From NCBI GenBank assembly GCA_951406725.2, contig OX597830.1, forward strand, positions 69,502,001 through 69,566,000: a DNA stretch of 64,000 nucleotides, read 5' to 3'. Below, piece by piece: positions 12,661 through 28,736 of this stretch. The notes below the pieces were generated by a model, which was given only the letters and a program-made list of their open reading frames with translations, did not search any database and was not told where the DNA came from. A program made the translations under genes and the position numbers. Within the stretch, counting starts at the first letter, position 1. Each line of letters starts with the position of its first letter. This DNA is from Octopus vulgaris (lineage: Eukaryota).

Positions 12661-13180
12661 TTAGCAGTTCAGCTAAAGAGACTGTTAGAATAAGTACTGT
12701 ACTTAAAAGAATAAAAGGGACTGGGATTGATTTTTTTTCAACTATCCCTTTAAGATGGTGTCCCAGCATGGCTGTAGTCCAATGACTGAAGCAAGTAACA
12801 GATAAAGAAATAAGATTTTATCAGCCACTCCCAGGCACAACAACGGAATCCTTCAAAGCCATAAATGATGTCATGATCATTAGTCATAAAGATGGACCCA
12901 GCAATGATAATGAAAGCTATAGTGCGGAACAAATGTCTTCTACTATACAAGCAAACAGCTGGTCTGAGATTTAATAGTGATTGATGTGAGTTTAGTATTT
13001 CATTCCATTCTCTGGTAAACCTGAAGGAAATGAAGAAGCACAAGGTCAAATTTTAGTGAGCTTTGTTGTTGTTGTTGTGGCTAATGAAAATAGTTAACTT
13101 TCCATTCTTGAGCTACCTGTTTACAACTAGCTGAAATGTGCCAAATGAAAGTGGATTGTCTTGACTAAAAGTACACTTAG

Positions 13181-13221
<41 letters not shown>

Positions 13222-13499
13222 CACAGATAAACACATACTCAGACACACACATACATCCCATCATCTTTGGGTTGCCAAAGGTGATCAAAGAATATGCTGA
13301 TCAGAATATTATGCCAAATATAAATGAAATATAACTTTAATGATCCAATCAATTCTGACTATAGAATGGATATGACTGGTTGCTTTAGCAAACGTATTTG
13401 TCAGCAACATGTGTAGATTAGACATGTTATATGTCAAATATTTTGACATATTATTCCTTACATCTATCACTCACGTATACATACATACAGACAGACATA

Positions 13500-14340
13500 C
13501 ATGCAATATTTTTCCATTTCGATTAAAACAATATAACATTTTATAGAGATAATCTTTCTATAGTCAAATATAGTACAGGACATTTTATACCTCAACGACG
13601 ACGACAACAACATCATATTTTCTATATGAGTGTGTATGCACTTGTCAGTGCATGTGTGTGAGTGTATGAATGTATATGTGTCTGTTAGTGTGTGTGTTTC
13701 TGTGTTTGATGACATTGTCACATTTTGTATATGAATGTCTATATGTCTGTGAGTGTGTGTGTATGTGTATGAGTGTGTGTGTGTTTCCACATTAAGAACG
13801 TTATTCAACACACACACACATCTACACATACATATACATATGTGACGTCTGACATGTGTGAATGTATGTGTCTGTGCGTCTCTCTTATTCTATAGTATTA
13901 CACCCCATGACTGTCAATATATAATATTTTTTTCATTTCCATTAAAACACTGTAACTTTTCATAGACATAATCTTCCTATAGTCAACTATAGTACAGGAC
14001 ATTTTATATGAGTGTGTATGCGTTTCTAAGTGTATGTATGTGGGTGTATGTGTGTGTATGTCTCTGTGACTGTGTGTTTGTTTCTGCGTTAGGCACATTA
14101 TTAAACACACATTCACATCTACATATACATATACATGTGTGACAACTGACATGTGTGAATGTATGTCAGTGTATGTCTCTCTTGCTATATGCATGTGACT
14201 GCATTTGAGAGTGTATGTGTGTGTATTGTCACACTTTGTATATGAATGTGTATGTGTCTGTGGGTGTGTGGGTATTTGTGCATTCATTATGTACATTATT
14301 AAACACACACATCTGCACATACATATACATATGTGACAAG
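13500..14340. repeat. Diverged tandem duplication (~410-bp unit) with (GT)/(CA) microsatellites
   Basis: The segment atattttt..cattt..attaaaaca...tatagtacaggacattttata occurs at about 13505-13590 and again at about 13922-14010. Confidence 0.6.
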
Positions 14341-14589
14341 AATGGCTGAAGGTGACACTCTTGACAAAAAACAATTCAGTGGCACGTCCAAGGTATATTT
14401 AAATACACATCTACCATTCAATTACAAGTTCATAATTATCGCAGCAGTTGCAAGGCTGGGACACATTTACAATTTGCTTACATTTGGTTAATTTACACTG
14501 CATATAAAATACAGACATACTATATACATACCACTGCTTACAAAAATAGAGATTAATGTATATTTTTATGTTCATAATTTTTTGTTTAT

Positions 14590-15025
14590 AAAATCAAAAT
14601 CAAAATCAAAATCAAAATCGATCAACATCAATGGAAATTGCAGCTGTGATACCAGTGCCGGTGGTACATAAGAGAACCATCCAAACGTGGCCATTGCCAG
14701 CGCTGCCCCAACTGGCCTCATGCTGGTGGCACGTAAAGAGCACCATCCGATCGTGGCCATTTGCCAGCCTTGCCTGGCCCCCGTGCTGGTGGCACGTAAA
14801 AAGCACCATCCGACTGTGGCTGTTTCCCAGCCTCATCTGGCACGTAAAAAGCATCCACTACACTCACGGAGTGGTTGGCGTTAGGAAGGTCATCCAGCCG
14901 TAGAAACATTGCCAGATCAGACTGGGCCTGGCGCAGCCTTCTGGCTTCCCAGACCCCAGATGAACCGTCCAACCCATGCTAGCATGGAAAGCGGACGCTA
15001 AACGATGATGGTGATGATGATGATG
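14590..15025 (+). mobile_element. RTE-X-like LINE 3' UTR (family B)
   Basis: Starts with (AAAATC)n, contains several gtgcc/ggcac units and ends in (GAT)n. Confidence 0.8.
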
Positions 15026-15043
15026 AATATTGAAGAAAAAAAT

Positions 15044-15600
15044 ATGCTACCAAAGAAAAATAGTATTCTCTCCTGAAACACCTATCAAACAAGGAAGATT
15101 GCAGAAAGCCGAAGGCAAGAGTCTCAAGAGATAAGGGGCATGCGACTTTCTCAAGATCAGCAAAGGCACGCTGCTGCATGTCAGATGGAGTCTCGTGATA
15201 GAAGGGAGGTGAAACTTTCTCAAGATCAACAAAGCATGCTGCAGCATGACAAATAGAGTCTCAAGAAAGAAGGTAGATGAGACTTTTTTAAGATCAGCAA
15301 AGGCATGTTGCAGCATGTCTGATGGAGTCTCATGATAGAAGAGAGATGAGACTTTCCCAAGATCAGAAAACACATACGGCAATACTTAATGCTGGATCAT
15401 TTAAAACAATGTTTAGCACACCAGATTACACAGAGGTCCAATACAATAGCTCTCAGAAACAGACCATGTACAAATTCGTTCTTCACAACTCCTGGAGCTG
15501 CTTTCAGATAGGATCCATCCCATTCTCATAAAAATGATAATTCTGTCCAAATTGGTGTGCTAAACTCAAATTGTCATTTTTGCAAATCTTTAAAATTTAC
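15044..15600 (+). pseudogene. Helitron Rep/helicase N-terminal relic with 23-aa STPR-like repeats
   Basis: MLPKKNSILS*N..., then 69-nt repeats ESQEIRGMRLSQDQQRHAAACQM / ESRDRREVKLSQDQQ / ESHDRREMRLSQDQK, then AAFR*DPS...VQIGVLNSNCHFCKSLKF, a typical Helitron N-terminal zinc-binding motif. Stops and frameshifts present. Confidence 0.75.
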
Positions 15601-15683
15601 ACCAAAAATATTTAGTTGTTATTGCTGCACTTTCCCATGTCACCTGTTTCAACATTACAGTAATATATATATATATATATATA

Positions 15684-15836
15684 GTTGGAATTTACAAAAA
15701 AAATAAGACGAAGACAGGGGTATAAACAACAAACAGGTGTATTAGTTTAACACTTGGGAAGGTGAGAAAGTCATTTATGTTTTGAGCCTACGCTCTTCAA
15801 CAGAAAGGAACACGAGAAAATAAACTGAGAGAGAAT
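15684..15836 (-). mobile_element. Penelope-like terminal repeat fragment with a decayed hammerhead motif
   Basis: Minus strand reads ctgttgaa-gagc-gtag-gctc-aaaacat, a CpG-decayed relative of the motif at 63413-63447; flanked by (TA)n. Confidence 0.45.
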
Positions 15837-16646
15837 ATATATATATATTTTAATATTTTTAATTTTTATTATTTTATTTTATTATTTTTTTATATTTTAT
15901 ATATATATATTGTATGTAAGCATATGGATATGATAATAAACAGATCAACATACAGAGAGATGGGTACATAGGTTGTAAGAACAGACAAGCACACATACGA
16001 AAATGGAGACTGACACACATGATCATATATATATATATACACACACACACTTTACTCCACACAAGGACACATGGAGACACGGATCCACACATATAGAGAT
16101 GCACATCCATACATACAAACATGGTACATAGTTGCATAACACACACACACACACACACACACACAAAGGCAAACACACAAGGAGACAAAGGTGCATACAT
16201 ATACAAACACACACTCACACACACATACATAGAAAATACACAAACATGGACATGCAAGCACATGAACATACAGGATAAATACATACATACAGATGCACAC
16301 ACACGCATATATACATACATACACATACATACAAACGTACATGCATGCATGCATAGGCACACACACACACTGGCCCACACACATGCGCGCAAACAAACAA
16401 AAAGGAACACAGTGTAAATAAGGGACAGAGTCAAAACTATTGAAAAGGTTGCAAGACGCAACGAAAATTTTAGGAAAATAAAAATAAGAAATAAGTGGAA
16501 ATTTTACCGGTGAGTGTGTTAAATTATAAGGCACAAAAAGAAAATGACTCTCCCCAGACACAACAGAATATATATAATATATATTTATAATATAATATAA
16601 TATATTATTTATATATATATATATATTTATAATGTAATACATATAT

Positions 16647-16711
<65 letters not shown>

Positions 16712-16749
16712 ATGATATATTATATTATATATATACAATAGGATATATA

Positions 16750-16949
16750 TTGGCTGTGTGGTTAGGGAGCTTGCTTCCTAGCTACATGGTTTCAGGTTCA
16801 GTCCCACTGCGTGGCACTTTGGGTAGGTGTCTTCCACTATAGCCCCGAGCCGACCGGAGCTTTGTGATTGAATTCGGTAGATGGAAATTACTGCCGTGTG
16901 TGTATGTTTGCATATAGCTGTTCAGTGCCTCTCTGAAAGAGAGAGAGAG

Positions 16950-16989
<40 letters not shown>

Positions 16990-17225
16990 GAGAGAGAGAG
17001 ATGTTTGTGTGCATGTGTGTGTATGTCTTTGTGTCTGTGTTTGTCTCCCACAACCACTTGACAACTAGTGCTTGTGTGTTTACATCCCCCATAATCTACA
17101 GCAAACAGCACCAACAGAGTAAGCATCACGCTTTAAAGAATATTAAGTTCTGGGCTTAATTCATTTGGCTAAAAATTCTCCAAAGCATGGCTGCAGTCTA
17201 GTGAGTGAAACAAGTAAAAAATATA
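16750..17225 (+). mobile_element. SINE family A (diverged)
   Basis: Family A head and tail with expanded internal microsatellites. Confidence 0.7.
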
Positions 17226-17613
17226 AGAAAAAAAGATAAGAAAAATAAACAGAAAACATCAACAACAAAATACATTTTGAAAGAATTGTCAAAACACCTT
17301 AGTCTAAGTACCAAAACATATTGACTGGTGCCATGATATGACTTCTGTCACCTATTAAGTACTTCAAAACTGTTATGACTAAGAGCTGTGATAAGTAAAA
17401 GAAAATAATGCAAATCAAAAGATAGGAAACTGAAATATCCTTATTGGTGCAAGTTATGTTCTCTTATAACTCAAGTTGTTAACTCTGTTGATGGAATAAG
17501 GGTTGTACTAATTATGCTAATACTAATCCTAATGAGGAAAATTTATCATTTTTTTTTTCTTTTTTCTAAGACATTTTCTAAGACCTTTTGACTGACAGAT
17601 TTAAAAAATAATT

Positions 17614-18371
17614 TTTTGTAACTAAACACTTTCGAACTTCAGACATTGGTAGAATGTGTCATATAAAACATCTTTTACTCTTAGCGTTTTTGAGAAAAGC
17701 TTATATTTAGGAAGGTGTAGTATTTCAGTAATTTCAACCAATCAATGATATGTATTCAGCTGAATAAAATTACTGCTGTTTTTTGTCAACAAGAACTTCT
17801 GGCGGTGTATATTTCATTTGTCACTGTTATTTATGACAACCCTAACCCTAAAACCTTAACCCTAACCCTAACCCTAAAACCCTAACCCTACAATCCTAAC
17901 CCTAAAACCCTAACCCTACAATCCTAACCCTAAAACCCTAACCCTAAAATCCTAACCCTAAAACCCTAACCCTAAAACCCAAACCCTAACCCTACAATTC
18001 TAACCCTAAAACCCTAACCCTAAAAGCTTAACCCTACAATCCTAACCCTAAAACCTTAACCCTAACACCTTAACCCTAAAACTCTAACCCTAAAACCTGA
18101 AAGCTAAAACCTGTACAAACACACAAACAATGTCATAAAGAGCAGTGACAAACGAAAAATACACTGCCGATAGTTGCTGTTGACAAACAACGGAAGTAAT
18201 TTTATTCAGCTGAATATACATCGTTGATTGGTTGAAATTACCAAAATACAACTACTTTAACGTGAAATAACTTCATAAATATAAGTTTTTCTCAAAAATG
18301 CTAAGAGTAAAAGATGTTTTATATGACACATTCTACCAATGTCTGAAGTTTGAAAGTGTTTAGTTACAAAA
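17614..18371. mobile_element. Foldback/MITE with ~220-bp inverted arms and an internal telomere-like array
   Basis: Arms ttttgtaactaaacacttt...tgtcactg and cagtgaca...aaagtgtttagttacaaaa flank a (CCCTAA/CCCTAAAA)n core. Confidence 0.8.
17838..18110 (-). repeat. Interstitial (TTAGGG)n-variant repeat
   Basis: Plus strand shows CCCTAA units mixed with CCCTAAAA and CCCTACAAT variants, with a ~14-bp higher-order period. Confidence 0.9.
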
Positions 18372-18730
18372 GTGGCTGAGTTCCTTTCCAGTTTTGGGCC
18401 TCATGGAGGCAATGACTGAGACCCTTTGGCATTATGTTGTGCTTGAGAAGAAGACCCATCAAGCTGAGCAAAATCACAGTCGTAGAAGATATCGGTGTCA
18501 CGCAAGTGGCACCCATGCCAGTGGCATGTAAAAGCACTCCGATGTCATGCAAATGGCAACTGTGCCAGTGGCACATAGAACCACCCATTATACTCTTGGA
18601 GTGGTTGGTGTTAGGAAGTGCATCCAGCAGTAGAAAACCATGCCAAATCAGACTGGAGTCTGGTGCAGCCTTCTAGCATGCCAACCCATGGATAACACAC
18701 GTATGATGAAGATGATGATGATGATGATGA
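18372..18730 (+). mobile_element. RTE-X-like LINE 3' end (diverged family B)
   Basis: ggcctcatggaggcaatg (ORF end), gtggcatgtaaaagcac units, aggaagtgcatccagc and a (GAT)n tail. Confidence 0.7.
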
Positions 18731-18945
18731 TATATAGGCAGACAGATAAATATATGCATATATAAATGCACACACACACACGAGCGCAGAGGCTCGGCTT
18801 GGCTGAGTGATTTTACAACCACATGGTTTCATATTCAGTCCCACTGCATGGCATTTTGGTTGAGTGTCTCTACTGTAGCCCTGTGTTGACCAAAGCCTTC
18901 TGAGTGGATTTGGTAGATTGAAACTGAAAGAAAACTATCACGCGC

Positions 18946-18980
<35 letters not shown>

Positions 18981-19781
18981 TGTAATAGAGAGGAGATTCT
19001 GGAGGTGAAACTCCATATGACACTCTAACCGGAATTAAAAGATCGCTCAAAAGAATCATTTGCTAAACTCACTATCAAACACCATATATTGCTGAAACTG
19101 TTTATTATTGCAATAAGTCTCTCTAAATGTGTGATTGTTTCCAAGTGCAAAATACAGATGTACAAACCACAACAATAGTGAGAGGTTTTCATTTTGACAA
19201 CCTTGTTTGTAGTAATGACAGACTTTGGACCACCAACAACATAAGACAATCACAGTTTCATAACTTGCTCACTTTCTTGATGTATCTTCTTTTACTCTTT
19301 TACTTGTTTCAGTCATTTGACCGCAGCCATGCTGGAGCACCGCCTTTAGTCGAGCAAATCAACACCAGGATTTATTCTTTGGAAGCCTAGTACTTATTCT
19401 ATCGGTCTTTTTTGCCGAACCGCTAAGTTATGGGGACATAAACACACCAACATCAGTTGTCAAGCAATGTTGGGGGGACAAACACACAAACACACACACA
19501 CACACACACAAATGAAATAAGTATAAGAATGTACATTGTCCATTTTAATTAAAAGAATTCTATATGTGGCTGAAGATTGCTCGACATTTTAAAACTGATG
19601 TAATACTTACAGTGTTTAATAAAATGAAGTAGCATGAAACTATTGTACTACTCTACCTTGGATATCCTTGTTGCTTATTTTGATTATAATCACCCCATTT
19701 GATTTATATGGATAATACCATACGAAATTCTGATGTCTTTAACTTAAGTACCATATTCATCTGAATCTAAATTTTGCTTGA

Positions 19782-19833
<52 letters not shown>

Positions 19834-20067
19834 CATATATACGATGGGGTTCTTTCAGTTTCCGTCTACCAAATTCACTCACAAGGCTTTGGTTGGCCCA
19901 AGGTGCCACACAGTGGGAATGAACCCGGAACCATGTGGTTGGTAAGAAAGCTACTTACCACACACCCACTCCTGCACCTATATTAATGTATATTAATGTA
20001 TAAAGTATGGATGAGTCAAGGAAGATTAATCTAACGATGAAAAATTTCCATAACACATTTGATTAAT

Positions 20068-20531
20068 CATTGCATTTCAAGTGAACTGCAGTTGCAAAAT
20101 GGTCCACACCCACAGCATAGCACTTTGGGCAATTGTCTTTTACGATTATCTCAGGAAGCATGGAAGTTTTGAAGGATGCAGTGCTCCGACAACTAACAAC
20201 TGATGCCGGCAGTTTGTTCCATACTTCAGCAACTCTGACTAGTGTGAAAAAAAGGTTTCCGAAAGTCATGGGAGCTGTGCTGTTTTCTGACTTTGTAAAC
20301 GCATTGCATTTCAAGTGAACTGCAGTTGCAAAATGGTCCACACCCACAGCATAGCACTTTGGGCAATTGTCTTTTACGATTATCTCAGGAAGCATGAAGG
20401 TTTTGAAGGATGCAGTGCTCCGACAACTAACAACCGATGCCGGCAGTTTGTTCCATACTTCAGCAACTCTTAGTGTGAAAAAAATGTTTCCGAAAGTCAT
20501 GGGAGCTGTGCTGTTTTCTGACTTTGTAAAC
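20068..20531. repeat. Tandem duplication of a ~234-bp unit containing a CR1 fragment
   Basis: cattgcatttcaagtgaactgc...ctttgtaaac occurs at 20068-20301 and at 20302-20531, nearly identical. Confidence 0.9.
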
Positions 20532-20852
20532 ATGTCCACGGGTGTTAGACAGGTGGAGTTTGAAAAGGTGCTCAGAGTTATTATTTGTAAGAGGGTTAAT
20601 AATTTTATGGATGTCTGCCAAATCAGCTGCCACACGTTGGAGTTTCAATGTATCCATACCCAAGGAAGTAAGGCATTCAGAATATGACAAATACCTGATG
20701 GAGGGTGTTCTTTTGGTTGCACGTCACTGAACGGTTTCCAGACGATTAATATCCTGGGCAAGTAAGGGTTCCAGACCAGTGATGCAAATTCCAGATGAGG
20801 CCGCACCATAGCTATATAAAGCCTCAGATAGATAGCCGGAGAGCAGCTCACT
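20382..20852 (-). pseudogene. CR1-clade LINE ORF2 3' fragment
   Basis: LYIAMVRPHLEFASLVWNPY, TRGHVYKVRK and FFTLRVAEVWNKLP motifs; frameshifted. Confidence 0.9.
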
Positions 20853-20933
20853 TTATAATCAACTCTTTATACTCTTAGAATATAATGGGTTGAAACAAAT
20901 CCCGCAGAGCAGTTGTTCTGATGCACTAATGGC

Positions 20934-21262
20934 TTATTTATTTAACAAATTGAGAATCATAATAACATACATATATACATTAAAATTCAATACATATAAC
21001 ATAAGAATACCATTAAAAATCCTTAATATAGATTATTGAAATCATTAAAATCACTTAAAGCTATTTTAACTGCCTACAACCTCAATAAATTGACTTGTAT
21101 GAGCACAACGAATTGCTTTTTCCAAAGATTGAAACAGCTGTGATTTTAATGATTTCAATAATTTATATTAAGGTGGTTTTTAATTGTATTCTTATCTTAT
21201 ATGTATTGAATTTTAATGTATATATGTATGTTATTATAGTTGTCGTTTTTGTTAAATGAATA
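20934..21262. repeat. AT-rich long inverted repeat (~120-bp arms), MITE-like
   Basis: ataataacatacatatatacattaaaattcaatacatataa...attgaaatcattaaaatcac is mirrored by gtgattttaatgatttcaat...tatatgtattgaattttaatgtatatatgtatgttattat. Confidence 0.7.
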
Positions 21263-21511
21263 AATAAAGTCAACATTCTAATATCCAAAAGTTGATGAAC
21301 AAACTAAATTGTTTCTCCATTTTCTTATTTGTTATATAAATTAATGGTAAAATATTTCTTTACCTTCACCCATTTAATACAATAAGTAAGTAAATTGCAT
21401 TGCAATTAAAAACACTTGTGCATTAATAATTTGGATATATTATACCAACAGTATATTGGATAAGTATTATCCTTTAGTGGGTTGGATCCACAACCCCTAA
21501 CTTACTTGGTG

Positions 21512-21544
<33 letters not shown>

Positions 21545-22039
21545 CAGTGTATGTGTGAATATTTATGTGTGTGTGTGTGTCTGTGTGTCTGTGTGTCTGT
21601 GTTTGTTCCTCCACCATTACCTGACAACCGATACTGGTGTGTTTAGCAAAAGGAGACTGATCGAATAAGTACTAGGCTGACAAAGAATAAATCCTGGGGG
21701 TCGATTTCTTTGATTAAAACCTTATAATGCACTACTCCAGCATGGCCACAGCCAGTCAATTGACTGAAACGAGTTAAAGAATAAAAGAATACCTGTGGAA
21801 AGCAATTATACCTCATGCCGCAAGAAATAGAGACAACACATCAGACACTTTTTACAAATGACAAATTTTCTTAATTTTTTTTTATTTTTTTTTTTTTGCC
21901 TATTTCATCAAACATCTCCTTACAGAGCAAGAATCAAATACTTTTAGTGATGGATACAAAAACGAGAGATACTGAAAAAAACCATTGCAGAATCAGAAAA
22001 TATGATTTTTTTATTTCTCTCTTTTTCTTTTTTTTTCCC

Positions 22040-22411
22040 CTTTTTTACTTGTTTCAGTCATTTGACTGTGACCATGTTGGAGCACCGCCTTTAGTCGCGC
22101 AAATCGACCCCAGGACTTATTCTTTGTAAGCCTAGTACTTATTCTATCAGTCTCTTTTGCTGAACCACTAAGGTACGGGGACATATACACACCAGCATCG
22201 GTTGTCAAGCAATGTTGGGGGACAAACAGACACACATACATATATACGATGGGCTTCTTACAGTTTCTGTCTGCCAAATCTACTCACAAGGCTTTGGTCA
22301 GCCCGAGGCTATAGTAGAAGTCACTTACCCAAGGTGCCATGCAGTGGAACTGAACCCAGAACCATGTGGTTGGTAAGCAAGCTACTTACCACACAACCAC
22401 TCCTGCACCTA
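22040..22411 (-). mobile_element. SINE family A
   Basis: Full antisense copy of family A. Confidence 0.8.
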
Positions 22412-23145
22412 TGGTTTTTATTTATTTATTTATTTTTTATTATTATTATTATTATTATTTTTTGTAGATAATGACTTGGTAACCTTGCCAGTGCAGGTGC
22501 CACTTAAAAAGCACTCAGTCCACCCTGTAAAGTGGCTGACGTTTGGAAGGGCATCCAGCTGTAAAAAAAAAAACCATGCCAAAACTGAACAAAGCGTTGT
22601 GAGTAGATTTGGTAGACAGAAACTGAAAGAAGCCCATCGTATGTATGTATGAGTGTGTATATGTTTGCAAAAAAGTGAGATGCTGAGTCATTTTCTGGTC
22701 CTGAAAATGAAGCTTCTTCTTTGAAAGATTTTGGAATGTGATGTTGATATGACTACGAATATTATTAGTGGTGAAGAGGCCAAACAGCATCTCTAAGCAA
22801 GTGTAAAAGTTTTCTTTTTTTGTTTTTTTTTCCTTTCCTCTTTTTAATCAATGTGTGGTTTGTGAGTCAGAATGATATAGTGTTGTAAGTTTATTTAATA
22901 AATATAAATAAAAACAGCTATAACTAATTGAACCTGCTACTAATTGCCCACTTGAATGTCACACTTATATTACCTTAGACATCAACCAGTTGTTGCTAAT
23001 TGAGAGCGATGCTGAGAAATTCCTGATGAAGAAGAATCTATTCCTGTTCATTCATTACTTCTAAAACTACATCAAAAGATCAGAATTCTCCAACCAAATA
23101 TATAACTTATTTACCCAACTCTGTCTTTCTCAATGCACACACACT

Positions 23146-23180
<35 letters not shown>

Positions 23181-23199
23181 ACACACAATCACACACAAT

Positions 23200-23246
<47 letters not shown>

Positions 23247-23334
23247 GCTTATATTACATTACATTAAATTATATTCTATAAGCAAACTTTCCTGTATGTA
23301 AAATTAAATCTTATATGGTTTGATCTTATATCAG

Positions 23335-23623
23335 CTCATGAGCTGTGGCCATGCTGGGGCACTGCCATTTGGTGTTGCTACATAATTTTACTTCACTAAT
23401 TATTTTTAGAAATTGACGTTTGGTGCATGAGGGAATTTGATGCCACTGCCCTCATCTACATTTCATACTGTGAAGTTGGTTCATCTGGGACACTCGACAG
23501 TAAGAGGTCTAGTTTCGTTTTGAAAACACTTATATCCACCCTATGTAGGTCTCTCAAGTCCTTTGGGAGGATATTAAAGAGCTGTGGGCTTTTAAAGCCC
23601 AGGCTGTTGCAATATCTTGTCCC

Positions 23624-23625
<2 letters not shown>
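23335..23625 (-). pseudogene. CR1-like LINE 3' end (second family)
   Basis: RYCNSLGFKSPQLFNILPKDLR...VFKTKLDLLLSSVPDEP; the same family appears at 63815-64000. Confidence 0.75.
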
Positions 23626-23668
<43 letters not shown>

Positions 23669-23669
<1 letters not shown>

Positions 23670-23912
23670 TGTGTACAGTGCTCAGGTGCACTACAACTCA
23701 TCTAAAGTGTATATATAATCAGGTGTAGTTTCGACGGATTTCGGGAAGCATGAGGGCCTTAAAGGATGCAGTGTCATGGCAGTCAACAACTGATGCAGGC
23801 AGTTTATTCCACGCTTCAGCAACCCTGAGCGTGAAAAAATGTTTCCGAAAGTCATGGGAGCTGTGCTGTTTTCTGACTTTGTAGGCATGTCCACGTGTGT
23901 TAGACACATGGA
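23669..23912 (-). pseudogene. CR1 LINE 3' end fragment
   Basis: SNTRGHAYKVRKQHSSHDFRKHFFTLRVAEAWNKLP, then a 3' UTR ending in (ATT)n. Confidence 0.85.
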
Positions 23913-24508
23913 GATCTTGATGGCAAAGCTGGATATATATGATAGTAGTTTCTCATAGTCCGAAAAACATGAATCAGCAATTTCTTGAAGAACAACTAGC
24001 ACAAATAATTTGTTTATAATGATCAAATGCTTAAGCTATACATTAGTTCACATTCTTCATTTAATTAACATTGCCTGAACAGGAAGAATTGCAGAGAATA
24101 TTCAGCTTAGAAATGTGAGTTTATGTAGATAGGTTCATGGGTCAACAATAGCCTTTGTACTTGAAATATATAAAAGTTACTTAATGCTTAAACACTGTTA
24201 TTTTATTTAACTTAAATCTGTTATCTTATTTTGATCTTGTTGATAGAAATATAACTTTTAACAACTTTCAGAATAAAACCTGGTGGTTTTGTCAGGTGGA
24301 GATAAAATAAAATATAACCTTTGGAGTAAACAAAACTTTCAAATACATATTATTGAGTGTTTGAAAATTAAAGTTGCCAATATCTGTTGTGACAATGTGG
24401 TCTTACTTTTGCTAATATTTTCAGACAGTAAACTAGCAGAATCATTATTGCATCAGAACAGCTGCTCTGTGGTATTTGTTTCAACCCTTTATATTCTGAG
24501 ATTATAAA

Positions 24509-25146
24509 GTGAGCTGCTCTCCAGCTATCTATCTGAGGCTTTATATAGCTATGGTGCGACCTCACCTGGAATTTGCATCACCGGTCTGGAACCCTTATCT
24601 TGCCCAGGACATTAATTGTCTGGAATCTGTTCAGCGACGTGCAACCAAGAGAACACCCTCCATCAGGCATTTGCCATATTCTGAACGCCTTACTTCCCTG
24701 GGCATGGATACATTGAAACTCCAACGTCTGGCAGCTGACTTGGCAGACACCCATAAAATCATTAACCATCTTACAAACAATAACTCTGAGCACCTTTTCA
24801 AACTCCATCTGTGTAACACCCGTGGACATGTTTACAAAATCAGAAAACAGCACAGCTCCCATGACTTTTGGAAACATTTTTTCACGCTAAGAGTTGTTGA
24901 AGCATGGAACAAACTGCCGGCATCAGTTGTTAGTTGTCGGAGCACTGCATCCTTCAAAACTTCCATGCTTCCTGAGATTTGCCAACACTACACCTGATTT
25001 TCTCCCCTCCATACACACGCAAGCATGTATCTGACTCATACACTGTTCACTTTCCAGACATTTGTACATTACTGCATATGCTTTATACGCACTTTTGACA
25101 AGTTGTGGTGCACCTGAGCACTGTATACAATAATTTCATTATTATT
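24509..25146 (+). pseudogene. 5'-truncated CR1 LINE (ORF2 C-terminus 24509-24997 plus 3' UTR) inserted in an old SINE C
   Basis: VRPHLEFASPVWNPY..LESVQRRATK..YSERL..TRGH..FFTLRVVEAWNKLP; tail catt(att)n; SINE C head upstream and SINE C body downstream. Confidence 0.92.
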
Positions 25147-25431
25147 AACTTCACTTTTCACCCTTTTGAGGGTTGATAAAATAGAATAGTCAAGTACAGT
25201 GGTTGATGGAATCGGCTATCCCTGCTTCCCTTAACATTTCTAATCTTGTTTCACATCAAAGTTAAAATAACTGTTCATGACTTAGTTGATGTAAAACTCT
25301 GCTGTCTCTCAAGAAGGTCCCTGTTCAAAATGTTGAATTTTCCACTTTCATGGCAAGTTCATTGTATGCTTTTTATTGATTTTACTACAGAAGTCTTGCT
25401 GATGCAGACCAACACCAGCCTCTTTCGAGTC

Positions 25432-28510
<3,079 letters not shown>

Positions 28511-28680
28511 TGATGATAATAATAATAATAATAGGGAATATAACTCCAAACTTACAGGGAAAAATTCAATTTAGTATTAAATCAAATTTCACAGTATAAA
28601 TATATAAAATATAAATTAGAGATAAAACCACTATTATGCAACTCAAACATTGATAGACATAAACGAATACATAAATAACA

Positions 28681-28736
<56 letters not shown>

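Noticed and set aside
17838-18110. True telomere or chromosome-fusion scar
   Set aside because: Short, single orientation, variant-rich and enclosed by transposon-like inverted arms.
23020-23050. CTGATGA hammerhead core
   Set aside because: No stem II or downstream GAAA.
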